A stretch of 64,000 nt of DNA, taken from the NCBI GenBank assembly GCA_052438035.1, contig JBQVPF010000013.1, positions 28,532 through 92,531 on the forward strand. The letters run 5' to 3'. Shown piece after piece: positions 26,336-35,478 of the stretch (the first letter of the stretch is position 1; each line of letters starts with the position of its first letter). The notes below the pieces were generated by a model. That model made no database searches. It saw nothing but the letters and a program-made list of their open reading frames with translations, and was not told the origin of the DNA. The translations under genes were made by a program, and so were the position numbers. The stretch comes from Shinella sp. (GTDB taxonomy: Bacteria > Pseudomonadota > Alphaproteobacteria > Rhizobiales > Rhizobiaceae).

Positions 26336-27241
26336 TTATCCGCGGGCGCTGCGTTTCAGCTGCTGCTCGCGGAAGAAGATGAAGAGGCCGGAGGCGACGA
26401 TGACGGCGGCGCCGATCAGCATGGCCGGGCGCGGCGTATCGCCGAAGAACATCCAGCCGAAGAGCACGGCCCAGATCAGCAGCGTGTATTGCAGCGGTAC
26501 GACGGTCGAGGCGTCCGCCAGCTTCAGCGAGCGGTTGACCAGCATATGCGCGCCCATCGCCACGATGCCGAGCAGGCTCAACAGGCCGAAATCGACGCTG
26601 CTGACCGGCGCCCAGCCGGCGGGGTCGACAAGACACCAGACGCCCGCGAAGATCGCGGCACCCGCCACCTGCCAGAAGACCAGCGTCGTATCGGGTGCGG
26701 CCCGCAGCGATCGGCCAAGCACCATGGCAAGGCTGAAGGCGAGGCTGCCGGCGACCGCGATCAGGGCGGGTAGGGTGAAGCTGTCCTTGGAGGGTTCCAG
26801 CGCAATGACGACGCCGATGAAACCGACGATAATGGCCGTCCAGCGCCGCCAGCCGACGTTTTCGCCGAGCAGCAGCGGCGACATGGCAGCGACGTAGATG
26901 GGGGCTGCAAGCCAGTAGGTCATGGCGTCGGCAAGCGGCATATAGGCGACGGCGAAGTAGAAGCCGGAGGCCTCGAAGGCGAAGAGAGCGGAGCGCAGCA
27001 GGTGCAGTTTCGGCCGGTCGACATCGATGAGGCGGCGCCAGCCGACGCGCCAGAAGAACGGCGCGAGCACGACGATCGCGGCGATGCTGCGGATCAGCAT
27101 GAGCTGGCCGACGGAGTAGGTCGCCACCAGCCATTTGCCGAGAACGTCGTTCAGCGAGAACATGACCATGCCGAGCAGCATCAGGATCACGCCGAGGCGG
27201 GCAGCGCTCGAAGCGGGCGAGGAGGCGGTGATATCGGTCAT
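26336..27241 (-). CDS. EamA/DMT-family transporter
   Basis: 301 aa, about 10 TM segments, two EamA-type halves. Confidence 0.8.
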   Translation of the reverse strand: MTDITASSPASSAARLGVILMLLGMVMFSLNDVLGKWLVATYSVGQLMLIRSIAAIVVLAPFFWRVGWRRLIDVDRPKLHLLRSALFAFEASGFYFAVAYMPLADAMTYWLAAPIYVAAMSPLLLGENVGWRRWTAIIVGFIGVVIALEPSKDSFTLPALIAVAGSLAFSLAMVLGRSLRAAPDTTLVFWQVAGAAIFAGVWCLVDPAGWAPVSSVDFGLLSLLGIVAMGAHMLVNRSLKLADASTVVPLQYTLLIWAVLFGWMFFGDTPRPAMLIGAAVIVASGLFIFFREQQLKRSARG

Positions 27242-27408
27242 GGCGGAAACTCAGGTCTCGGGATGAGAGGGCTGTGACACATTCCCCACCGCCGATCCAG
27301 TCAGCAATTTTGATGGCTGCATAAAGCGGAACACTACATCGCTGGCCGGTTGATCGCGAAGGGAAGCGGTGGAACAGTGCAAACGGACATTTTCACAAGG
27401 CTGATTTC

Positions 27409-29193
27409 ATGACGGACGAAACGACAGGCAAACGCCGGCTGCGCTCTGAGGACTGGTTCGATAACCGCGACCACATTGATATGGCCGCGATCTATCTCGA
27501 GCGCTTCATGAACTATGGCATCACGCCGGAGGAACTGCGTTCCGGCAAGCCGGTGATCGGCATTGCGCAAAGCGGCAGCGACCTGACACCCTGCAACCGC
27601 CACCATGTTGATCTGGCAAAACGTGTGCGCGACGGCATCCGCGATGCGGGCGGCATCCCGATCGAGTTCCCGACGCATCCGATCTTCGAAAATTGCAAGC
27701 GACCGACGGCAGCCCTCGACCGCAACCTCGCCTATCTCGGCCTTGTCGAAATCCTCTACGGCTATCCGCTTGACGGCGTCGTGCTAACGACGGGCTGCGA
27801 CAAGACGACACCGTCTGCGCTGATGGCGGCCTCCACCGTCGATATCCCGGCGATCGTGCTGTCCGGCGGGCCCATGCTTGATGGCTGGAACGACGGTGAT
27901 CTCGTCGGCTCCGGCACGGTCATCTGGCGTTCGCGCCGCAAGCTGGCGGCTGGCACCATCGATGACGAGCAGTTCCTGCAGGCGGCGATGGATTCGGCGC
28001 CTTCCATCGGCCATTGCAACACGATGGGCACAGCCTCGACGATGAACGCGCTCGCCGAAGCGCTCGGCATGTCCCTGACGGGGTGCGCGGCCATCCCAGC
28101 TGCCTATCGCGAACGCGGTCAGATGGCCTATCGCACCGGCCGCCGCGCCGTAGAACTGGTGCTGGAGGATATCCGCCCCTCGCACATTCTCACCCGCGAA
28201 TCCTTCCTCAATGCCATCCGCGTGAATTCTGCGATCGGCGGCTCGACCAACGCCCAGCCGCACCTGATGGCCATGGCGAAACATGCCGGTGTGGACCTGA
28301 AGCCCGAGGACTGGCAGGTACATGGCTACGACATTCCGCTTCTTGCCGACGTGCAGCCGGCCGGTCGTTTCCTCGGCGAGCGTTTCCACCGCGCCGGTGG
28401 CGTGCCGGCGATCATGCGCGAACTGCTCGATGCTGGAAAACTACACGGAACCTGTCCGACCGTGACGGGGCGGACCATGTTGGAAAACCTGGAAGGCCGC
28501 GCGGCGACCGACCGCGAGGTCATCCGGCCCTATGGCGAACCGCTGAAAGAACGAGCGGGGTTCCTCGTGCTGAAAGGCAATCTGTTCGATTTCGCGATCA
28601 TGAAAACCTCGGTGATTTCGCCGGAGTTTCGTGAGCGCTATCTGAGCGAGCCGGGCCGCGAAGGCATTTTCGAGGGTAAGGCGGTAGTCTTCGATGGCTC
28701 TGAGGATTATCACAAGCGCATCAACGATCCGGCACTCGGCATCGACGAGCGCACCATCCTCGTCATCCGGGGTGCTGGGCCGCTCGGCTGGCCGGGTTCG
28801 GCGGAGGTCGTCAACATGCAGCCGCCGGATCATCTGCTGAAGCGCGGCATTACCAGCCTGCCGACGATCGGCGACGGGCGCCAGTCCGGCACGGCGGACA
28901 GCCCGTCGATCCTCAATGCGTCGCCGGAAAGTGCCGCCGGCGGCGGGCTCGCCTGGCTGCGCACCGGCGACACGATCCGCATTGACCTCGAAAAAGGCCG
29001 CTGCGACATGCTGGTGGATACAGCCGAGATCGAGAGGCGCAAGGCCGACGGCATCCCGTCGGTGCCGGCTCATGCAACGCCCTGGCAGCGGCTCTACCGC
29101 CAGACCGTGACCCAGCTTGCGGATGGCGCGGTCATCGAAGGTGCCGCCGATTTCCGCAAGATCGCGGAGACGCCGCCGAGGCACAATCACTGA
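27409..29193 (+). CDS. IlvD/Edd-family sugar-acid dehydratase, D-xylonate dehydratase (XylD)-like
   Basis: LRSEDWFDNRDHIDMAAIYLERFMNYGITPEELRSGKPVIGIAQSGSDLTPCNRHH...TGCDKTTP...PPRHNH closely parallels Caulobacter XylD as I recall it. 594 aa. Confidence 0.85.
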   Translation: MTDETTGKRRLRSEDWFDNRDHIDMAAIYLERFMNYGITPEELRSGKPVIGIAQSGSDLTPCNRHHVDLAKRVRDGIRDAGGIPIEFPTHPIFENCKRPTAALDRNLAYLGLVEILYGYPLDGVVLTTGCDKTTPSALMAASTVDIPAIVLSGGPMLDGWNDGDLVGSGTVIWRSRRKLAAGTIDDEQFLQAAMDSAPSIGHCNTMGTASTMNALAEALGMSLTGCAAIPAAYRERGQMAYRTGRRAVELVLEDIRPSHILTRESFLNAIRVNSAIGGSTNAQPHLMAMAKHAGVDLKPEDWQVHGYDIPLLADVQPAGRFLGERFHRAGGVPAIMRELLDAGKLHGTCPTVTGRTMLENLEGRAATDREVIRPYGEPLKERAGFLVLKGNLFDFAIMKTSVISPEFRERYLSEPGREGIFEGKAVVFDGSEDYHKRINDPALGIDERTILVIRGAGPLGWPGSAEVVNMQPPDHLLKRGITSLPTIGDGRQSGTADSPSILNASPESAAGGGLAWLRTGDTIRIDLEKGRCDMLVDTAEIERRKADGIPSVPAHATPWQRLYRQTVTQLADGAVIEGAADFRKIAETPPRHNH

Positions 29194-29321
29194 AGGCTGC
29201 GCGCGTGCGCTACGTCGATTTCCCCAATCCGGGCTGTCAGATGCAGAGCGGGCGCTGGCCGCAATTCCGGAACTGACGGACGTGGTTTTGAAGCGTGGCA
29301 GCGTGAGTGGCAGGAATTGAT

Positions 29322-29347
29322 CGGCGACCTCGTCTCCGAGGTCGCCG
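29322..29347. terminator. Perfect 11-bp hairpin between convergent xylD-like and marC genes
   Basis: CGGCGACCTCG-TCTC-CGAGGTCGCCG. There is no clear U-tract, so intrinsic-terminator function is inferred only from position. Confidence 0.4.
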
Positions 29348-29495
29348 AAGTTCGTGGGAAGAACGAAGGCTTCCGGAGAGAGCCAAAGAGTGATCACCAA
29401 AAAATGCCCCGAACGAAAAGCCGGGCCGATCTTTCTCGTCGGTTGGGGGCGCCGGGCCAAGCTGCCCGGCGTGCCACAAGCAGATCATGCAAGGT

Positions 29496-30143
29496 TCAGT
29501 GAACCGCGACCGCGGCAATGATCCCGAGTTTACCCAGCCCGGTTACGAACAATTGTACGGCGACTGCGGTGAGCAGAATCCCGAAGACGATTTCGGAGAC
29601 GACCAGACTGGCAGGCTTCATGCGCTTGGCCAGTACATCGATATTGGTGAAGATGAGATAGTCGAACGCGGCGACCAGCAGGATCAAACCGATGACCATG
29701 GCGACGCCGGCAATCGATGAGACTTCCCCCGAGACGAGAATGATCACCGTGATGCCAACGGGGTTGAGCAGATAGGGCACAGCGAGCGGAAAGATGGCGA
29801 TCTTTGCCGGATCGACCGGCAGTCCGATTTCGTCATGCGGCTTTTCGATCGGCCCGGCCGCCATCTTGATCGCGAGAAGTGCCAGGATGATGCCGCCGGC
29901 CACGGCGACGGCACCCCCCGAAATGTGGAGAAGCCGCATCAACAGAGCGCCGGTGGCGAAAAGCAGCAGAGCGGTAATCAGCGCCGCTATGACCATCTGG
30001 CGACCGATGCGCGCCTTGGTTTCGGCATCGAAGGCATGGGTCTTTTCCAGAAACGGCACGAGGGCAATTTTCGGCCCCATGCCGATGAGAAGGAGGAGGA
30101 GCAGGTTTCCGACGAGCGCGGCATTGATGACTGTGAAATCCAT
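29496..30143 (-). CDS. MarC-family (UPF0056/NAAT) integral membrane protein
   Basis: 215 aa, 6 TM. MDFTVINAALVGNLLLLLLIGMGPKIALVPF is a typical MarC-family N-terminus. Confidence 0.75.
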   Translation of the reverse strand: MDFTVINAALVGNLLLLLLIGMGPKIALVPFLEKTHAFDAETKARIGRQMVIAALITALLLFATGALLMRLLHISGGAVAVAGGIILALLAIKMAAGPIEKPHDEIGLPVDPAKIAIFPLAVPYLLNPVGITVIILVSGEVSSIAGVAMVIGLILLVAAFDYLIFTNIDVLAKRMKPASLVVSEIVFGILLTAVAVQLFVTGLGKLGIIAAVAVH

Positions 30144-30308
30144 GGAGCGGTTCCTCTTGACGTTGTGACGCGTGGCAGCTCTCTAGCGAGGCGGTGCGTG
30201 ATGATGGGCGCGCGGACCCGTGAGGCGAACAAGGGTGATGCGCTTTCCGGGGTCTTCCTTTCCTCCAACGTTCTCGTCTGTATGGTTCTTCCACAAGGGG
30301 TGGCGCTC

Positions 30309-32468
30309 TCACGCCGGGTTCGGCTCGAGCGCTGCTTTCTGCACGGCGAGCGCCTTCTGCGCGGCGGCGGCACCGTCGTCGTCCTTGCCCCCGGAAACCT
30401 GCACCGTCGGCACGGCGATCTTGATGCCGTTCTTGTTGAATGCCTCGCGAAGCATGGCATAGGCCCTGCGGCGGATGGCCGACTGCAAAGACGTGGGTTT
30501 CATGGTCATCCCGAAGCTGAGCTTGATGCCGTAGTCATTGATCTCCTCGACACCCTTCATCTTCAGGTTATCGATGATGAGCGGATTGAATTCGGGATCC
30601 TCACGCAAGGCCTTGCCAACGGCTTTCGTGATGCTCTTGACTTGCGGCACGTCGCAATCGTGGGAGACGGACAGGAAGAACTTAACGACCGACCAGTCAC
30701 GGCTCATGTTCTGGACCGCGCCCAGTTCGCTGAACGGGACGATGTATATCGGGCCTCGATGATGCCTGAGCTTCACGGAGCGCAGGCTGAAAGCCTCGAC
30801 GGTGCCCTTGTAGCTGCCGCTCTGGATGTACTCGCCGACCCGGAAGGCATCGTCGAGCAGGTAGAACATGCCGCTGATAATGTCCTTGACCACTGTCTGC
30901 GCGCCAAAGCCGATGGCAACGCCGACCACGCCGGCCCCGGCGATCAGCGGGCCGATCTCGATGCCGAGCGAGGACAAGGCCATCATGACGGCGACCGCTG
31001 CAAACAGGATCATCACGAGATTGCGCAATATGGGCAACAGCGTTCGCATGCGGGAACGCCGTCGCTCCTGCTCGCTGCCGATCTCGAACGCCTCCTGGTT
31101 GTCGCCGATCTTGTGGTCGATGAGCACCTTGACGATATTCCAGGCGAGATCGACGACCAGGAGAATGATACCTGCGCTCAACAGGCCCCTTCCGAGGCGC
31201 AGGGCGGGCGAATCCTGCATCGTCATTTCGGTGAGGCGGACGCCGAGCACATGGGCGAGAAAAACGATCGCTCCCACGATCAGCGCCGCCCTTATGCCGC
31301 GCTCGATGATCACCGATACGACGGTGCCCTTTTCCTGACCATCCTCCACTCCCGGCGAACGCAGGATGTTGCTGACGGACGCCCTGGTGAGCGCGATGGC
31401 GGCCGGCAGCGCCGCGCAGACGACGGCGATCCAGAACAGCTTTACCGCGCCGATGACCCAAAGCAGCCAGACAGCAACCAGATAGGCTGTCCAAAGGACC
31501 TTTCGGATCCGCAGGCCGGCCCGGCCGACGGGCATTGCGCGCGGGGCGCGCCAGACAGCTTCGATGCCGATTGCGAAGAGCACGAGGCCGAGGGAATAGG
31601 CGACGAGTTGACGGGTGGCTTCGGAAAAGCCGAGCGTGCCAAGCAGTCGGATGGTTACCGAGCCGAATGCGAACCAACCGATGGCATAACCCAGGCGCTT
31701 TGCCCAGAACCGCGCCATCTCGTTGGAAACCGGCACGAGGCGGAACTGGTTCTCGTTTTCCTGGACGGGTGCCAGAAATACGTCCAGGAGTGCCGTTGCG
31801 AGACGGAAGACGACGATCGCGAACAGGTACGCCACAACCACTTCGCGGATGAGCGTCGGCCACTCGAACAAAAGAAAGAACCCGATGCTGCCGAGCCCGA
31901 ACGAGAGCACATAGCAGGCTGCCCATAGCAAGCGCGCTGCGACGGCGATCAACTTCTCCCGCACCGTCGCAAAGGATGCGCTCGCCATGCGGGCTCGCCA
32001 ACCGGCGCTGATCCAACGGAACAGCCACTGCGCGCCGAGCCCGGCTGCGACGAACGCCGCGACCAGGAAAACCGGGCGCGTTCCGCCATTCGTCCGGATG
32101 TCGCGCTCGAGTAGCGCACCCGCGCGCAAAGTCTCCGAAGGGAGGGATTGCGCCGCGGCGAGAAGGGCCGCGATATGGTCGCGAAATTTCGTCGTAACGT
32201 CGGCAAAGGAAACCGTGTCGACCGATGCCGGCTGTGCCGGCTCAGCTTCCACCTTGGCTGGCGTGGCGCTTTTCTGTTGCTGCAAAAGCCACGCCTGTAC
32301 GTCAGGATCCGCCAGCAGGCCAATGAAGTGCTGAACGTTCTCAGGCTGTGCCTTCGCTTCCGTGTTCTCCTGCGCTGCGGTCAAGGAAGCGCCCAGAAGA
32401 ATGACGACCGCCAGCGCAGCCGCAGCGAGCATCGTGCCGACGGAGGCCATTTTCGGAATTGCTGCCAT
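30309..32468 (-). CDS. Large mechanosensitive ion channel, MscS family (MscK/M-like with periplasmic N-domain)
   Basis: 719 aa. Signal-like N-terminus, multiple TM segments, and the MscS core GAQTVVKDIISGMFYLLDDAFRVGEYI...GTVEAFSLRSVKLRHHRGPIYIVPFSE. Confidence 0.85.
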   Translation of the reverse strand: MAAIPKMASVGTMLAAAALAVVILLGASLTAAQENTEAKAQPENVQHFIGLLADPDVQAWLLQQQKSATPAKVEAEPAQPASVDTVSFADVTTKFRDHIAALLAAAQSLPSETLRAGALLERDIRTNGGTRPVFLVAAFVAAGLGAQWLFRWISAGWRARMASASFATVREKLIAVAARLLWAACYVLSFGLGSIGFFLLFEWPTLIREVVVAYLFAIVVFRLATALLDVFLAPVQENENQFRLVPVSNEMARFWAKRLGYAIGWFAFGSVTIRLLGTLGFSEATRQLVAYSLGLVLFAIGIEAVWRAPRAMPVGRAGLRIRKVLWTAYLVAVWLLWVIGAVKLFWIAVVCAALPAAIALTRASVSNILRSPGVEDGQEKGTVVSVIIERGIRAALIVGAIVFLAHVLGVRLTEMTMQDSPALRLGRGLLSAGIILLVVDLAWNIVKVLIDHKIGDNQEAFEIGSEQERRRSRMRTLLPILRNLVMILFAAVAVMMALSSLGIEIGPLIAGAGVVGVAIGFGAQTVVKDIISGMFYLLDDAFRVGEYIQSGSYKGTVEAFSLRSVKLRHHRGPIYIVPFSELGAVQNMSRDWSVVKFFLSVSHDCDVPQVKSITKAVGKALREDPEFNPLIIDNLKMKGVEEINDYGIKLSFGMTMKPTSLQSAIRRRAYAMLREAFNKNGIKIAVPTVQVSGGKDDDGAAAAQKALAVQKAALEPNPA

Positions 32469-32490
32469 TACCTGCCCTTACCTGCCCTTA
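32468..32490. repeat. 10-bp tandem duplication abutting the channel gene start codon
   Basis: TTACCTGCCC x2 followed by TTA. On the coding strand it reads TAAGGGCAGGTAAGGGCAGGTA-ATG, which duplicates the SD-like AAGGG/AGG region. Confidence 0.6.
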
Positions 32491-32517
32491 ACTTGAATGA
32501 CGTCGATCGGAGCCCCG

Positions 32518-33843
32518 CTACTTCCGGTTGCCGGTTTCACATGCCCTCTGCCCGCTCTCGCCGGCCATGCATTTCGATGGCCTTCCTTTCGTGCCGGCAG
32601 AGCCGGTAAGGCCGCTGACCTGCCCCGCGTAGTTGTCTCTCGTATCCGCATCGATGACGGCGACCGGCGCGGCAAGGATCAGGCCTGCCACACTGCCGAC
32701 CGCCGCCGCCGTGCCCGTCGTTGCGGCAAGCAGCTTGTCGCCCAGCCCCTCCTTGCTGTCGGTCAATGTCTGCCCGTCGGAGATTCGCGCGCCGATGAGG
32801 CGCACGACGTCCGGGGATTCCGCGAACTTGCCGTGGTTGAGCTTGTCGCCCGCCTTGATCTTCGTAAGGTCGATCACCGTGATCTGGCTGTCCGCCAGTT
32901 CCTGTTTGAAGGGCTCTTGTTCGGGATCGATGGCGCCGAGCCTTGCAACGTCGCCCCACACCCTGCGCGATACCGCGAGCGCACGGTCGTCCTGCGAGAC
33001 GAACAATGTGAAATTGGGATGCTGGTCGCCCATGTCGGCGATCTGCTGACGGAAGATGTCGACATCGACGTCCGGCGAGGCCAGCATCACGTTCTGGAAC
33101 TTCGCCGGCAGCCGGCCATTGCGGATGGCCATCTGGCGTAGCGCTTCCAGCGCAAGCCAATTTCCCATGGAATGCGCGAGGATGGAGACTTCTTTCACAT
33201 TCTGTTCCTTGGCGAGATGCTGGAAAAGCATCTCCAATGCGTTGCGCGTGTAGTTCGTGCTCTCCCTGTCGTATCCGTATGCAAGCAGGCTTCCGCGCGA
33301 CGGCCACGTCACCAGCACCGGAGCGCTGTGGATGCCTGAATCCTGGACGATCTGCGCGAAGCGATAAACGGAATCTTCAAAGCGGTTGTTGAAGCCATGG
33401 ATGAAGACCAGCACGCTGCCGTCGCCGCTTTTGAGGAGCGACGCATTCAGCCATTTCTGAGCATCTTCACGGGTGATCTCCTCGGCCTTCAATGTTGCGA
33501 AATCGGTTGCCGGATTGGCGGGAAGCTTCTTGGGCCAGGCAACTTCCCCCACTTTCCGGGCGTCACTGGGCGGGATGGAGACGGTGATATCCGCAAAGGC
33601 GGCGTTGCGGGCGCGTTCGCCCGTGAACATTTCGCCCTGAACCGCCGAGCGGCTGCGCGTTGTGGTCACGAGCATGTTCACCTTGGTGGATTTTTGTTCG
33701 CTGTCCGCAACAGGAACGAGCACGTTCCGGGCATGGCCGCCGCAGCCGCTGAGTATGATCAGCATGGCGCAGACAAGGATCGATTTCAGGCGGTGGGGAA
33801 GAACCCCGGGCTTCTGGTAGGCGACGCAACCCGCTCTGATCAC
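32518..33843 (-). CDS. Alpha/beta hydrolase lipoprotein, DUF900 family
   Basis: Lipobox LIILSGC near the N-terminus. VLVFIHGFNNRFEDSVYRFAQI and the nucleophile elbow ILAHSMGNWL fit the DUF900 esterase-like family. GTG start at 33843. Confidence 0.75.
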   Translation of the reverse strand: MIRAGCVAYQKPGVLPHRLKSILVCAMLIILSGCGGHARNVLVPVADSEQKSTKVNMLVTTTRSRSAVQGEMFTGERARNAAFADITVSIPPSDARKVGEVAWPKKLPANPATDFATLKAEEITREDAQKWLNASLLKSGDGSVLVFIHGFNNRFEDSVYRFAQIVQDSGIHSAPVLVTWPSRGSLLAYGYDRESTNYTRNALEMLFQHLAKEQNVKEVSILAHSMGNWLALEALRQMAIRNGRLPAKFQNVMLASPDVDVDIFRQQIADMGDQHPNFTLFVSQDDRALAVSRRVWGDVARLGAIDPEQEPFKQELADSQITVIDLTKIKAGDKLNHGKFAESPDVVRLIGARISDGQTLTDSKEGLGDKLLAATTGTAAAVGSVAGLILAAPVAVIDADTRDNYAGQVSGLTGSAGTKGRPSKCMAGESGQRACETGNRK

Positions 33844-33869
33844 CGATTGTTCCCCACGGCCGTCCTGCC

Positions 33870-33908
33870 ATCGATCACTGTCGCCCCCCGGCGGTTGCAG
33901 TGATCGAT
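33870..33908. promoter_or_regulatory. Perfect 11-bp inverted repeat just upstream of the DUF900 gene
   Basis: ATCGATCACTG-N17-CAGTGATCGAT, 27 nt upstream of GTG 33843. Could be an operator or a 5'-UTR hairpin. Confidence 0.35.
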
Positions 33909-34281
33909 AGACGCCAAGGTAAGCCTACGCGAAGGCGCGCGCGCTAGCCCGTAACATCGGGTAAGTTACATCCATTTCAGGGTGAATTGTGCGCCGTGCT
34001 GCGGATGAGGATTTGCGGAAATCGGGTTGGACGCTATCATGGTGTTTGCCCAAGATAGGCGTCGTTGGTGGGCGGTCGCCTCCGGACACACAATTGCGGA
34101 AAACCGCATAGACGTGAGCGTTCAACGTCAAAGCCTGACCAGCCGTTGAAAGTGACACGCCGCCAGCAAACGCCCTGTTGAGGCTGCGGTAGCAGGCGGT
34201 CATGCGGCTGTAGGCTACGGTAACTTACTCCACGACGCTGGCGTTCTTTAGCAAACATCGCAGCATCCCCGTCTGCTGTGC

Positions 34282-35478
34282 ATGCGTGGCATGGCCTTGC
34301 TGATGAAAGCGCGACCGGAAATCGCCGTTGGACCACCGCCCATCGACCCCGTGCATTTGAAGGATGACAAAGTGGTTTCCGAGATTTCTGACGAGCCCGT
34401 CCCGTCACCGCCGCCCCGCAATCCGTTGCGCAGGATCGCCCTGGTCGTCGTGGCATTGGCGCTGGCCTTTTTCGTGTTGTCGATATTCATGGAACGACGC
34501 ACACCGTCGACGTCGCAAGCCCAGGTCCAGGCCTATATCGTCGGGATCGCGTCCGAAGTCGCCGGCCGGGTGGTGGAGGTCGGCGTCGCCGACAATGCCC
34601 GGGTCGAGGCCGATCAGGTTCTTTTCCGCATCGATCCCACCCGCTACGAGCTTGCCGTCAGCGAGGCCGAGGCAGCGCTTGCCAGTGCCGGCCAGTCGAT
34701 CGGCGCATCGACGGCGACCGTAGACGCTGCCCAGGCCAAGCTCGTGCAGATCCAGGTGGATCGGGACAATCTGCGCGACCAGTATGCCCGCGCCTCCGAA
34801 CTGGTGCAGCGCGGCGTCTATTCCAAGGCACGGTTCGATGCGGCCAAGTCCGCCTACGACCAGGCGGAGGCGGCAGTTACGGGGGCACAGGCCGACCTCG
34901 CCAAGGCGAGAGAGCAGCTCGGTCCGACAGGCAAGGACAACCCGCAGCTCAGGGCAGCGCTTGCCGCGCTTGAAAAGGCCCGGCTCGATTTGCTCCATAC
35001 GGTCGTAAAGGCGCCGTCGGCGGGGGTCGTCACCAATCTCCAGCTCACCATCGGTAAGGTCGTCTCGGCCGGCCAGCCCGCCATGACCTTCATCGATGCC
35101 GGCACGATCTGGATCAACGCGGCCTTCAAGGAAAACAGCCTCGAGAAGGTTGCGGTCGGCAACCGGGCGGAGGTGCTGTTCGATGCCCTGCCGGGACGGC
35201 TTTTCCCGGCGACGGTGGAAAGCGTCGGGTTTGGCGTGTCGCAGGGCGGAACGGACCCGAGCACCGGGCTGCCGACGATCAAGAACGACAGCGGCTGGGT
35301 CCGTGAGGCGCAACGCTTCCCCGTTCGCTTGACCATCGACGAGGCGGACAGGCCAAAGGGCGGCGTGCGCTACGGCTCGCAGGCAAATGTCGTCATCTAT
35401 ACCGGAGACAACCCGATCACCAATGCATGGGGATCGTTGCGGATGCGCATCATTTCGGTGCTGACCTATGTCAACTGA
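34282..35478 (+). CDS. HlyD-family membrane fusion/efflux adaptor protein
   Basis: One N-terminal TM (IALVVVALALAFFVLSIF), a lipoyl/coiled-coil region (VEADQVLFRIDP...) and a beta-barrel C-terminus. The start is uncertain (ATG 34282, 34291 or 34303). Confidence 0.85.
   Translation: MRGMALLMKARPEIAVGPPPIDPVHLKDDKVVSEISDEPVPSPPPRNPLRRIALVVVALALAFFVLSIFMERRTPSTSQAQVQAYIVGIASEVAGRVVEVGVADNARVEADQVLFRIDPTRYELAVSEAEAALASAGQSIGASTATVDAAQAKLVQIQVDRDNLRDQYARASELVQRGVYSKARFDAAKSAYDQAEAAVTGAQADLAKAREQLGPTGKDNPQLRAALAALEKARLDLLHTVVKAPSAGVVTNLQLTIGKVVSAGQPAMTFIDAGTIWINAAFKENSLEKVAVGNRAEVLFDALPGRLFPATVESVGFGVSQGGTDPSTGLPTIKNDSGWVREAQRFPVRLTIDEADRPKGGVRYGSQANVVIYTGDNPITNAWGSLRMRIISVLTYVN

Noticed and set aside
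29400-29471. Possible terminator hairpins downstream of marC: CGCCGGGC-N6-GCCCGGCG at 29450-29471 and a weaker CGAACGAAAAG/CTTTCTCGTCG pairing.
   Set aside because: The first stem is only 8 bp and the second is heavily mismatched. I kept only the perfect 11-bp hairpin at 29322-29347 as a feature.
33925-34456. Minus-strand ORFs 33925..34203 and 34037..34456 within the long DUF900/HlyD intergenic region.
   Set aside because: They have no SD and their composition is Arg/Ser/Cys-rich. One overlaps the HlyD 5' end. I treated the region as regulatory or non-coding instead.
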